A stretch of DNA of 63,904 bases, filler included, from Choristocarpus tenellus KU-1152 (taxonomy: Eukaryota; Protista; Phaeophyceae), in the NCBI GenBank assembly GCA_964200185.2. It is 8 parts of 8 records of this genome, joined end to end, with 100 filler letters (N's around TTAATTAATTAA, not from the genome) between each part and the next. Parts side by side here need not be neighbours in the genome. Positions count along the whole stretch, not along the records: positions 1 to 17,972 come from CAXNAD020000596.1; positions 18,073 to 24,329 come from CAXNAD020008552.1; positions 24,430 to 44,391 come from CAXNAD020000428.1; 5 more parts are not named here. The stretch is one strand, 5' to 3'. Under the pieces are notes generated by a model that was not told the origin of the DNA, made no database searches, and worked only from the letters and a program-made list of their open reading frames with translations. The position numbers were made by a program, and so were the translations under genes. Each line of letters begins with the position of its first letter. The first letter of the stretch is position 1. Of the stretch, positions 14,890 to 25,651 are shown piece by piece.

Positions 14890-15285
14890 ATCTCAAACAA
14901 TGTGTTTTCCAAGAGTGGTGAAGACAAATTTGGGGGTTGGTTATACGTAAGAGAGAGAATCAGAAAACAGCACAACTTAAGCTCATAACACCTGTGGTAC
15001 TGCTATAGAACCCGACCTTGTTGGGACAAGGGGAAAGAAGATGTTGGAGAACTCAAGACTGCCATGCAAACCTCCGATTTTGCTGGACCCTCCGATCTCG
15101 TGACGTATACAGTTTTGAGCGAAGTAGAGCCAGTGCCATCTTCAAGGAAAGTAAAGGGTAGTATGGGACAGATTTATTTGTACCTGTGCTACTCAATACC
15201 TTGCTATGGAAGCTATGGGCTGTTAGTGACCAGTCGTTGTGAAAGCAAGGAGTGCAAGAGCCCATTTAAACTGATTCAACGCCAG
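14890..15285. promoter_or_regulatory. Putative bidirectional promoter (PSTK / unknown gene)
   Basis: About 400 bp between two divergent start codons; CpG-richer than the neighbouring introns. Confidence 0.55.
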
Positions 15286-17077
15286 ATGGACGAATTTCTC
15301 CCGGACGGCGAGTTCCTCTCCGAAGACCAACTCCTCGAGGAATTCGCAGCAGCAGCAGGGAGTGCAGAAAGCGAGGGTGAGGAGTACACTGGGGTGAGCA
15401 AACCTCTTCTCATTTTTTTCTTGCCCTCGCTGCAGGTCGACTCTTGTTTAATGCAATGTCAACTAAAGTGGCAGTTCTGGACTTTGGTGCATATAGTGTA
15501 TCTGCCCCAGACTTCAGTATCCACTTCCCCACCAACCCCATGCGGTCGTTCAGTAAACTCCCCTCCACTCCCCAATCGCCTTCTCCACAAGCAGACCGAT
15601 GAATTCCTGAGCTGGCTACTCTTCAACGCAGATAATATTGACCCTGCTCAACAGAGGCAGGTTGGTGAGGACTCTTCCAGGTCGTCTCACCCTTCAAATT
15701 ACCTCAGTACCTCTCCCACTGCTGACTGTGCCTCAAGCGTTGGAGAGGATCCCCATGAGCTTGCCCTGGAAATTAAGGACGGGGTTAGAGAAGGAGTGGA
15801 AGGGCTGGGATTGGAATTTGTAAATTATAATAGGTCCAGTAGTGAAACCTGTTCTCCTTCAACTTCAGTAACAGCAGGGGTAGGTGTGAAGGATATTGGT
15901 ATAGGGGACTCGCTCTTGCCTTTGCCCAAACAGGTAGGAATTCTGGTGGAAGAGGATACCTGGCCGGAAAAGGGGATAACCCCTGAAGGACCAGATTCCC
16001 TGTTGGGTGGGATGGAAGGTCTCCTCAATGACTTGAATGTTCCACCTGGGGCAGGTGAGCCCAATTTAGGCCCCCCCCTCTGCACACTTACTAGCATAGA
16101 TTGTTTCCCAGAGTACCTCATCGAGAGTATTTGAGCAATATGATGAATTTTTTTGAATGTTCATATCTTGAAACTATAAATTCTATCCCTGCAACCGAAT
16201 GCTGTTTGCAATAAGAACTTTTCACCAATTGACATAATTGCTAGTTTCTATCTACCCCTCTAGGCAGGCCAAAGTTCTCACCTACTTCTCCTGCCTGTGC
16301 GCATTACCGGTTATGTTGATGAGGAGGTGTTTCTTCCTTGTGTCCACAAGGAGGGATTAATGTTGATGGTAAAAGTCAATCTAACACCAGCATGCACCCT
16401 GGGGAAGATATTACTCAGACAAATGGGAACATTGGTGTGTCGCCTACCCCGCATCAGGCAAGTCAAGTTATGGTTCTATTTTTCCTTTTGTTTTCAGAAG
16501 GTTGCGACTCACGAAATGATATGTATTGTGGTACAACTCCTGGTTTTCCGGTGGACAAAGATTGGTTCCAGGGCTCTACATGTTAGGGTGCTTTTGTGGG
16601 CTTAGTGAAGGTTGGGGTGGATCGAGGATACTTGTAAGGAGATATTTTAGTGAGGAATATAAGATTTAAAATTTGGCAATAAAAATAAGCATGTTGCTGA
16701 AAATTTTTGCGCGGTTCTCGTTCAGTTTCCTAGATTTGACCCTAGATGCCCATTCTCAAGCATTTAAGATAGGCCCAAGAGTAGTCTGTGGTATAAATTG
16801 TTTCAGTGTTGTGTGCTATTTTTCAAGATTCATTGTGTCGGATTGTTTAACATTTTGAATCGTATGCAGTATTAGTGTTAGCAATTAAATTGAAATAAAT
16901 GTATGTGTATTATAATAGCTATATGTTCACAAATACGCTTGTCAAAGAGGAGGATTTTCTCATTTTTTGCTGCTTACATCAACATGAATCTGTAAGTATT
17001 GATACTCCATTTCCCTCTTTTTCCTGCAGCTATTTCTTACTCCAAACCGGGACACTTCTCAGTTGCACAGAGTAGGG
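15286..17077 (+). CDS. Unknown protein with acidic, low-complexity N-terminus; 3'-partial
   Basis: ATG 15286 (MDEFLPDGEFLSEDQLLEEF). Phase-compatible exons 15286-15393, 15595-16054, 16351-16457 (GC donor CAG/GCAAGT) and about 17030-17077. No recognisable domain before the contig ends. Confidence 0.6.
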
Positions 17078-17972
17078 GTAATAATTTTTGTCCCATGAGG
17101 CAAGCAATCCAACTTGTCCTGTGTTTGATGGTTCAACTCCTGCTTTTGTTTGTTGGTTGTACCTTACATATTCTAGGTTCAAGACCGCCACAGGTACATT
17201 TGTTCATCCATGGACATATTTGCCCTCATGTTGTTCTTCCACAGTACTTGGGTGGTGGATATATTTAAAAGTGGGTGGAAGATTGGGTACTTGAACTTTC
17301 CTGAAATTTTCTTACAAATACTGATGTCGTTTTTTGGAGAGAGAGTTCGAGTTCAGTGGCATTTTGCTCGTACTGCTGCCTCCATCCTTCTCTCTGTTCC
17401 AGTTTTTTTGGTTCATTCCGCAGTGTACCTGTAACACCTTGAGTGGTGATTCATTTGTGTTGTCTAACTCCAGGTGTGTTCCTGTCTGTGATCTTTGGGG
17501 TGCTGAGTTCATGCTTTTTTGTCTAAGAATATTGTCGGTCTGTGTTTTGAATTATCTGCTAAATGGTTCCTTGATGTGACGTGCCCAGTGTGTGCACTGA
17601 TTCCTCTGTACAGGTCAACATCGTTTGTACTGATGTAGCAGTGAATTCAGTGTACTTGCTTAGTCTGTTATTCAAGTGACTAACCCGGTAAGGATCTGGT
17701 GAGCCTTTTCTTGCTTGTATTGTTTGTTGTATTGTTTTTATTTTCTGGGGGTGTTGGGGGTTGCTTCATTGGCTGGTCTGTTGATCATGGCTGATGGACA
17801 GGCAAGATGATTCGGGACAAAAATCATTTACAGCAAAGAAGTTCTGGTCACATTATTGGTTAAAAGGTCTTGTGCTGGCATATGTTACACCTACCATTGG
17901 GTTTTTGCTTGGCAGGAAGGGATTAAGTTCTTGTTTACTTGATGGGGGTGTGTGTTGCCCCCCCGCCCCTCC

Positions 17973-18072
17973 NNNNNNNNNNNNNNNNNNNNNNNNNNNN
18001 NNNNNNNNNNNNNNNNTTAATTAATTAANNNNNNNNNNNNNNNNNNNNNNNNNNNNNNNNNNNNNNNNNNNN
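17973..18072. other. Assembly linker (N-run with TTAATTAATTAA)
   Basis: The same 100-bp linker recurs at 24330, 44392, 50510, 53261, 58572 and 61222; it is an artificial six-frame-stop spacer between contigs. Confidence 0.95.
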
Positions 18073-18113
18073 CCCAAATGGACACGGCTCTACCCTCTAA
18101 GATACTTTGGCTC
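18073..18113 (-). mobile_element. MITE family A terminal fragment at contig edge
   Basis: CCCAAATGGACACGGCTCTACCCTCTAAGATACTTTGGCTC matches the family A end. Confidence 0.85.
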
Positions 18114-18419
18114 TGACCCAATCTGATTGCGCTGTGGTCCACCTTACAAACTAATCCAGTTACGTCTCTGAACGCCCTGCCTTGGTCCTGTCAAACATAC
18201 TTTCTCGGACCCGCCTGTGGTCCAACCTCATCACAATCTCCCGGTGAGCCAGTTTCAGTGCTGCCGAGTAAACTCAGCTAATTGGGATGATGTAGTGGAA
18301 CCAAACAAGTTGAGAGGTAGACAGGTTTGGGCCCTTTTGCGTTCTTCTAAGCCATCCTTCTTACCCTATACAATGCACTCCATTCCATTGCGTTATATGC
18401 ACAATAATGTATGCCAAAT

Positions 18420-18681
18420 ATTCAGAGTATATTAGAGGGTAGAGCCACGTCCGTTTGGGGGCAGAAATCCAATGTTGCGATTTCGATGTAATTTTTGCTA
18501 TTTTGTGTTTTTTAGGAAGTGTCAATATCCTTGTTCCAAACACACCTTTTCATCACGTACACATTTTACCTACTCCGATATGTTTTGGAATAGGTAAAAC
18601 GTCATGAAATATAAACGTGGGAAGCTAAGTCCCAAACGGACAAAAGGGAAAAATCCATACCCTCTAAGATATATTCACCTC
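18420..18681 (+). mobile_element. MITE family A copy (eroded ends)
   Basis: AGTATATTAGAGGGTAGAGCC ... TACCCTCTAAGATATATTCAC with the family body and central hairpin. Confidence 0.88.
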
Positions 18682-20589
18682 AAAATGAGATTCATCCTCT
18701 CAACACAAATTAAAGAAAAAGATCCTTCTGCAATTAATTGTACAAAATTGAGTCTTTTTGCCCTTTTCGGATCCATAAAATGCAAACCTGCCTACTTCTC
18801 AATTGGTTTGACACAGTGGGCTCAATGTTCAGAAAGGCTGGCGGATGATATTTCCTGTAGGGCAGTCTTGGCTTATCACTGGATCTCTCACTTTTACTAG
18901 TATTCTATGGATTTAATCCGACATAACAGAAAACTGGATCAAAGGATGGCTGGCACAGGACTGAACATAATATTATTTTTTAAATATGGAAGTCTAACAC
19001 AGAAATCTAGAAGTGCAAGCTACAAATAGCGTATTCAAAGACCATTGTAGAACGGTTCCCTGTAATATGCCCTCCAGCGTGAAGCGTAACTGTTTCGATG
19101 CAAAGATCAGGCACTGATCAGGCAATTGTCCAAGGAAAGAAAATTATATGGTCTGTACTCCTGTTTGGCTAGGTACAAATGTACACCTAGGCACAACATT
19201 TTCCCAAATTCCACAGTGAAAGCTCTATCATACAAGCATACAAGATCTGTTGATTGGCTCGGGATTTTTAGTTGATGATAAGACTGAGCGCGCACTTTTA
19301 CTATGATTCAGGTCCATAGTTCAGTTGCTGAAAATTTACAAGTTTCTGTAATTTCCTTGCCATGCCTGGAGCCTTGGTGATTGGTCAACTTGCTTGCAGG
19401 GTGCTATGCGGTGTACCATTTTTGCAGCAATTTTGCGGAGGTGGTAGAACAAGATTAAGATTGAATGTTCGAGGGACAGGTTGCGAAGGGAGAGTTGGAA
19501 TAAGGCGACTATAGTCCCCCTAAAACTCATGGTCCGGCCCTGGTTTCTGCTCTACGCAAAGAACAGCCCATGGTTGCTGTATTAGCCTGGCGCCTTGAGC
19601 TGGAGTAGCAGTGACTGTTATGGACATGCTGCACAATCTTGTGCGAGTAAGAATACCCTTATCTGTGAGAGCACAAACAAATAATGAGAGTGAGTAGATG
19701 ATCAAAGTGGAGCTTACTCTACTCAAAGCTGGGACCCAAATAGGACACAGGGCTAAGCAGCCAACGCTTCCATGCATAGTGTCAAGGTCAGAGCCCTGAA
19801 GACTTGAGTCTCTGGTAATCCTAAACCTATCCATTCAACGTGCAGGCTAAATCCCCAAGCTGCGTCTATTTGATGTGTGGACTGGCAGCCACAGAAGTGC
19901 AGGCATAGTAGTTTAATTTTGCCTCTATTGGTGCACAGGCACCCGTAACCACAGAAGGTCAATATAACCCATCAGATGCGCGGGCTGTAGCCCCCATAAT
20001 GCAAGTTGATGTGTTGGCTGAAGCCACTAGTCACCCATTAAATTAATGCTGGATATTGGCATCCATGTTTCAACACCAAGTCAACTCACCTAATTGGGAT
20101 GATATGTAGTTGCATCAATGCTCAATAATGCCGGCAGAAGATGTCGCTGTAGGACTTCGAAGACTTCCTATCGCCAGATCTGTTACTTTTTAGATTAGTT
20201 CAGATATAACATTGGGGTGTCAGAAAGTACTTTAGAGGGGCAATATAGTTTCCCCTTCAAGACAGGATCACTGCATTTCTCTACAAAGTACTATCCAGTA
20301 AATGAAAAAAAAAGTAGTAGTATATTACTAAATTGGTCTCAATTGAAGATATAAGACACCTGCCTAGTATCTCCAGCTGAATACACACCACTCGCCTCAA
20401 ATGAACTACCTGTACAATAATGAACACTACCTGTCTCAAACGAGTCTTGACACAGTCCCTTTCGTACTGATAACCTTTCATACTGTAACCCTCAGCCCCT
20501 CTCCACCATACCACACGGGTGACCAACTTCTTAAGGAAACTCTCTGTTTGCTTACTGATGTGCCAAAAACTTTCCATAGTTGTTGAGAA

Positions 20590-21400
20590 TAAAACTAACG
20601 AAGATAAAAGACCCCTCGTAATGGGTGCGCTTTCTTGGCTTGGCTCCTGCAGCGACAGAATTGGTTGTGGATCATCAGTGGATCAGTGGATCAGAAAACA
20701 ACCTACCTGGACTTCTGCAAGAAGCGATGTCCAATAGTAGGCCTTTATCGCGATAGGGGACTAAGCCGGCCTCCGATGATGCCCCCAGCATGGAACTCCA
20801 TATCCATGCAGAAGTTCCTATCCACCACGAATGGTCTGCCATCCTCCATTTCGCAAGGGATGCCCATTAGATTTGGTCTATTCATAAATGTTTGACCGTT
20901 GGTGTGTGGTGGCGAACCTTTTCTTCCACAGTAAGGTAGGTCCGTACATGTCTGGTGTCTACATTTAATCTCCAGCACCTGGTCACTGGGCACGTATTGG
21001 ACAGTACCTATTCTCCTCCCAAAGATCTGCTGGTAGTGAGGCTGAACTGTGCAGAGGAATTTGGTGTGGTATCTCCAGGACCTGCCTGGTGGTCCATGGA
21101 CTAGCCCTTCGCTCACACTTTCTCCAGTTGTGGGCTAGAGTCAGCAAGGAACTTACATATAGTTGCTGAGAGGATAGAAAGAAGTAGTGTCCAGAAGGAG
21201 TTGAAGCGAAAGCTGCTCGGTAGGTGTGTGACTTCATGCTGGGCCTTTCTTGTTGTACTGATATAATGAACTGCCAAGATGTGAACCTCCGGAACTGGAC
21301 CAGGAGCGGTTGTATCTGCTCAGTCAACCCAACCTCCACCAATAATCCCGACCAGATCCTCCAGGGGGACTCCTCCTGATGATGAGATGATGGCATGGAT
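20590..21400 (-). mobile_element. Degenerate non-LTR retrotransposon 3' end (restriction-like endonuclease type)
   Basis: Frameshifted translation GIPCEMEDGRPFVVDRNFCMD...GLLLDIA...RKRTHY fits an E..D..D RLE domain; a paralogous remnant lies near 36.5 kb. Confidence 0.6.
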
Positions 21401-21460
21401 TGACAATCAAATAGTGTGAGTTTGAAGTTGTTTGGTTCAGGTATTTAAAATAGTAATGAT

Positions 21461-21780
21461 GTGTACCTTTATTTCCCTTCATCGTAGCTGTACCTTTATT
21501 TTCCTTCTGTGTACATCCTTAGTACCTCAACGTATGTATGACGTATGCGTAGGTTCTATCTTTATGAAGTGGTCTAAACAAAACCTTTGTCCTTCACCTT
21601 GTGTAAAGTAAAGTGATTCCATCCTCATTGGTTTAGCGTGCAAAGGTAAAAAATACAACTAGAAATGGCGGTCTCTCCACACTCAGTAATCAAACAATAC
21701 ACATCTTTCGAACCTATATATACGTCATAGGTACGTCAGGGTCTCCAAGTGACAAACGCAGGTACAGTTACAAGGTATAG
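21461..21780. repeat. Imperfect foldback / MITE-like inverted repeat upstream of the b5-domain gene
   Basis: ACGTATGTATGACGTATGCGTAGGTTC (about 21530-21556) pairs with GAACCTATATATACGTCATAGGTACGT (about 21710-21736); outer CTGTACCT/AGGTACAG also pair. Confidence 0.55.
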
Positions 21781-21895
21781 ACACGCTCGATATGTCATGT
21801 TTCCAGTTTTCACTAAACACAATAGTGCACTGTTTCTGCCTTGGAAACCAGCGCCGTCGCGTTAAGAGCAGGCCACAACGAAGACTGGCCTAACC

Positions 21896-22916
21896 ATGGT
21901 TGTGATAGGTGCGCGAACGACCTTGGTGGGAATGTGCGGATGTGGTCTGCTGGCGATGTCTGCAGCGTTTCATTCTGGAAGGCTGACACTGCGCACTCCC
22001 TTCCTTGTGGTCGGGCCACGGCGTGCTGTACTGGTTCCAAGTATGACTGCCACTGTGCCAAAAATTGGAACTACAGATACAAGCACGGCCCTCCCGGGTG
22101 CTGGCAAGAGGCTGCACGTTCAGGTGTGAGTGCGAGAGACCTGAATAAAGTGGATGGTTTGTCGTTTGGCATCTGTCGGACTCGATTACTTTCGTGTCAT
22201 GATGGAACACGTCATGATTCCACGGACTCTTAGATTGGGAAAAGAATTCATATGTCGTAGCAGCTTGTTAGCCTTATACCAAAGGTGCCATTGAGGAGAT
22301 CAAAGTTGGTTCTCTCGGCGACCGTGTTTGCATGTGACGTGTGCACTTTTCCGCTTATACTTTGAAAGAGATCACTAATTCCGTCGCCAGTTCGTTTGCT
22401 TGTGATGGGGTCACGAAAATTCCGTACACAAGCACTAAGCAACTCATGGATTGAATTTCTCGCCTCTGTCGTGCGTATGGCATAGTTCCGTCGTGATTTC
22501 GTAGGTTTTGCTGACCCTGTCGCTACGTATTGCGTATGTATATTAAATTGCGGTAGCCTCCGTGATCTCTGTAGATTGCATGGATGAAACTATTCTGGTT
22601 GGCCTTTCTTGATTTCCATGATGCATAGGATATCGTTGCACCGGATCTGACTGTGCTTGAAAATATTTTGTAAGATGACTTAGCGCTCTGGCGCTCACAC
22701 AGCACGAGGAAACACCCCTTCCACTCTGGGTAACCCTTTCTTGCTTGCAAGGATAGTAAACGCTGCTCTTTAACTTCTGAAAACCCCCTTCTGCCCAAAC
22801 CTGTCAACGATTTTGCCCGCTTCTGTATGCCTGAGAAGCTGGGAGAATCGTTTTACGACCTGACAGGATGGCGGAAAATGCACCCTGCAGGAAACCACTG
22901 GATCGACCGGTTTGCG
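21896..22916 (+). CDS. Plastid-targeted cytochrome b5-domain protein, probably a front-end fatty acid desaturase; 3'-partial
   Basis: Exon 21896-22123 encodes a hydrophobic leader ending AMSAAF followed by an Arg/Thr-rich transit-like stretch. Exon 22752-22916 encodes FYDLTGWRKMHPAGNHWIDRFA (b5 heme motif, HPAG variant of HPGG). Histidine boxes are not present in this contig. Confidence 0.75.
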
Positions 22917-23810
22917 GTGAGAAGAGCGATAGGGAGCACATTTTTTTGTGTCGCAAACTTGGGGTAGGACACTGTAACTCGTAACTTTTCGGGTTGATCG
23001 ATGTCTATATTAGTCGTCTTCAGGGGATTAGACTGAAACAAGTTCTCTCCAATTAGGTATATTTATGACCACAGAGTAATGGGAAGGAAGACACCAAAAA
23101 CTCTTGAAAATTTCCTCTTTTGTCTGGAAAAGTCGATTGATCCATGCACAGTCAAGGTCTCTCCCCAGTGGCAGTTTTGTACACTTGATTCTTCTTAGGC
23201 ATTTTCACTAGATCGGATGACTTCAACAAGACCCAACTGTGAGCCAGCTTTGTAAGAACGTTTTTTTAACAGGACCGTATGAATTTTAATGATTTCGAGC
23301 TGCAATTGGGCTCGTTACTGCTATCTTTAAAAGGTCAAAGCAGTACCTGTATCAACTTTGACCAAACTAGGCTGTGGGCCAGCTTGGTCAAGATTTGCTT
23401 TAGAAGGTCCAAGCTAGCTAGGTCTCAGTTTATGCTGAGTCAGTCTTTAGAATATCTGGGTTGGGTCAGTTTATGCTGAGTCAGGTGGTTTACAGCTGAA
23501 TCGCGAGTTGTTCTGCGAACTTCAAACTTCAAAGGAGAGATTATTTGTAAGAGTTCTATGTTGTGAACATGTTCGCAATTTCATACACAAAAATCGGAAA
23601 AAAATAGATTTACGTCAAACTTGGTAGTAATAATGAACTCGGTAAAACGCTTTTTTTTGGGGGGGCCAACGGGGGCCTATAGCCCGGGGTGTATACATTC
23701 TTTATCAGAGGACCGGCCCAGTTATAATTTGGTTTCCCCCAGTCCCAGCCTGGGCCAAGTTAACTGGTGGTTGAGCATGAAGGTGCGCTTTGTTCCTTGA
23801 CCACATACCA

Positions 23811-24067
23811 GAGTGAAAGTATCTCAGAGGGTACGATTTTTGCCCTGTTCGTCCATTTGGGGTTTGATTTCCCATGGGTTTTTATGACACTTTCCTACTC
23901 CAAAATGTTTAGGAGTAGGTAAAATGTATACATTATGAAAATTTGTGTCCAGAACATGGACATTGACTGTTCTTAACAAACACGATTGCCAAAATCACAT
24001 CAAAACCGTAGCATTGGATTTTGGTCCCCAATTGGGCGTGGCTCTACCCTCTAAAATATTTTGGCTC
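23811..24067 (-). mobile_element. MITE family A copy
   Basis: GAGTGAAAGTATCTCAGAGGGTA ... TACCCTCTAAAATATTTTGGCTC, flanked by the 11-bp direct repeat ACCACATACCA. Confidence 0.92.
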
Positions 24068-24517
24068 ACCACATACCACTATATTTTGTGTGTTGTATCA
24101 AGAAGCATGGTTTTTCTCCTTTCTCAGCCATGCGTCAGGAGCATGTCTTCTTGTGTGCTGAACACAGATGAGTTCATCCTTGCTATAATGGTGCAGAGAG
24201 CATCGCACTCTCCTGCCCCGCCCACCTGATTGATTTCCCTCCCTCCCTCCCCCCCTCCCCCCCCCCCCCCACCCCACGTAGGGAAGGGGAGGGGCGGGTT
24301 GAATGGGGGCGGTCCACCCCCGGAAGGGANNNNNNNNNNNNNNNNNNNNNNNNNNNNNNNNNNNNNNNNNNNNTTAATTAATTAANNNNNNNNNNNNNNN
24401 NNNNNNNNNNNNNNNNNNNNNNNNNNNNNCCCTACACACACACACACACACATACGCACACGCCCCTGGCATCTTTCTACTCGATGTCCTCTTTGCTCTT
24501 TTTTTTCCTCACTGCAG

Positions 24518-25651
24518 GAGGTCCTAGGACGCCTTTCCAAGTACGATCGATTCTTTGTGAATGCGATGATGGCAGAGGAGCTTGGAATGTCCACCTATGC
24601 AGCCCCCCTGGACGAGGGAGGATCGATTCGAGAGGGCCTGGCCATGTTCCTGTCGTTTGCCCTGTGTGGGACCCTTCCTCTCCTGGGCTATGCCCTCTCC
24701 CCGCTGCTTTTTGCGGATGCATCCCTGGATAAGCTGTACTTGGTGTCCATCATCATAACGTCGTTGTCCCTGTTTCTTGTTGGAGTGATCAAGGTGAAGA
24801 GTTGGTTGCGAATGGTTCGATGTGCATGTTTGAGGTGTGTTGTGGTGTGTATTGTGTGTTGTGTTGTGTTGTGTGTTGTGTGTGTTTTTTCAAAAGGTGG
24901 GGTGGGGGGGGGGTTGGGGTAGGGATGAGGAGGGAGAATATGATAGGTACTGTTTTTACCAACAGAAGAGTCTGTTCATTGCAGTCGGCCAATCGGACCT
25001 TTTCATCCTTGAATCATCTCCCTACTCTTTAATCTTGTTGCTCTTGTTTTTTTTTAAAGAAAATGTGTTTTTAGTGAAAGGGATGTATGTTTATGTCTGG
25101 ATACTTATACGGATCTTCTTCCATGATTCTCCTTCCCTATTTTAGTGTAGTTGATTGTCATTCCCTCTCTCCACGGCGCCATCTACTTCTGAGTGATGAG
25201 ATGTGTTTAAGTAGGATGGATGCCCCAATTAAGACAAGGTTTCCGATTTTTTCTGAGAGTTTCATAGATAGTTTATGACCATGATCATTTTTATATTTTT
25301 TCCCCTGTATGAAGACGTTTGGGGTACAGGTTATGGCGATGAAGAAATAATTATTTTGCAACAGAAAATATTTTTTTTATGAAAGAGATTCACTTGAGAT
25401 TTTTATTGCATACACATATTTTCAGAGTCCTTGAGTCCTAAACATTTCTCTAACTGCTCCCCTCCCCCCCCCCAACCCCCTTCCCCTTCCCTCAACCCAC
25501 CTTTGCTTCCTCCTCCCCCCAGAGCATGTTCATCAGGCGATCGTGGTATGCGGCAGGGCTGGAAACGTTGATTTTAGGAGGTTGCTGTGCGGGCTTGGCC
25601 TATGAGATCGGGTCTTTGGTGGCACTCTGGACTGATGGCATGTCAGACTAA
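24518..25651 (+). CDS. VIT1/CCC1 family iron/manganese transporter, last two exons
   Basis: Exons 24518-24793 and 25523-25651 encode FFVNAMMAEELG, GLAMFLSFALCGTLPLLGY, SLFLVGVIKS and SWYAAGLETLILGGCCAGLAYEIG, then TAA. Confidence 0.9.

Noticed and set aside
15064-16134. 356-aa single ORF from the track
   Set aside because: It reads through a stop-free intron (15394-15594) and upstream sequence; the spliced model from 15286 fits better.
16264-16350. In-frame TGT-TGA-TGA-GGA (C-U-U-G) next to PSTK, suggesting a selenoprotein
   Set aside because: A phase-compatible acceptor with a pyrimidine tract (TTCTTCCTTGTGTCCACAAG, 16350) lies just downstream, which places the TGAs in the intron. No SECIS element was identified.
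18017-18028. Recurrent palindrome TTAATTAATTAA
   Set aside because: Always embedded in identical N-runs; an assembly linker, not biology.
22058-22120. U6 snRNA-like string AAAATTGGAAC..ACAGA..AGCACGGCCC
   Set aside because: It lacks the ACAGAGA box and lies within a coding exon; most likely chance similarity.
22400-22660. Possible intronic C/D snoRNAs (TGATG...CTGA); a similar candidate at about 32670-32726 on the minus strand in RPL35
   Set aside because: Imperfect C boxes and no rRNA guide complementarity that I could recognise; an Infernal/snoscan search would be needed.
21896-25651. Joining the b5 exons to the VIT1 exons as one fusion gene
   Set aside because: They are separated by a contig linker and belong to unrelated families.
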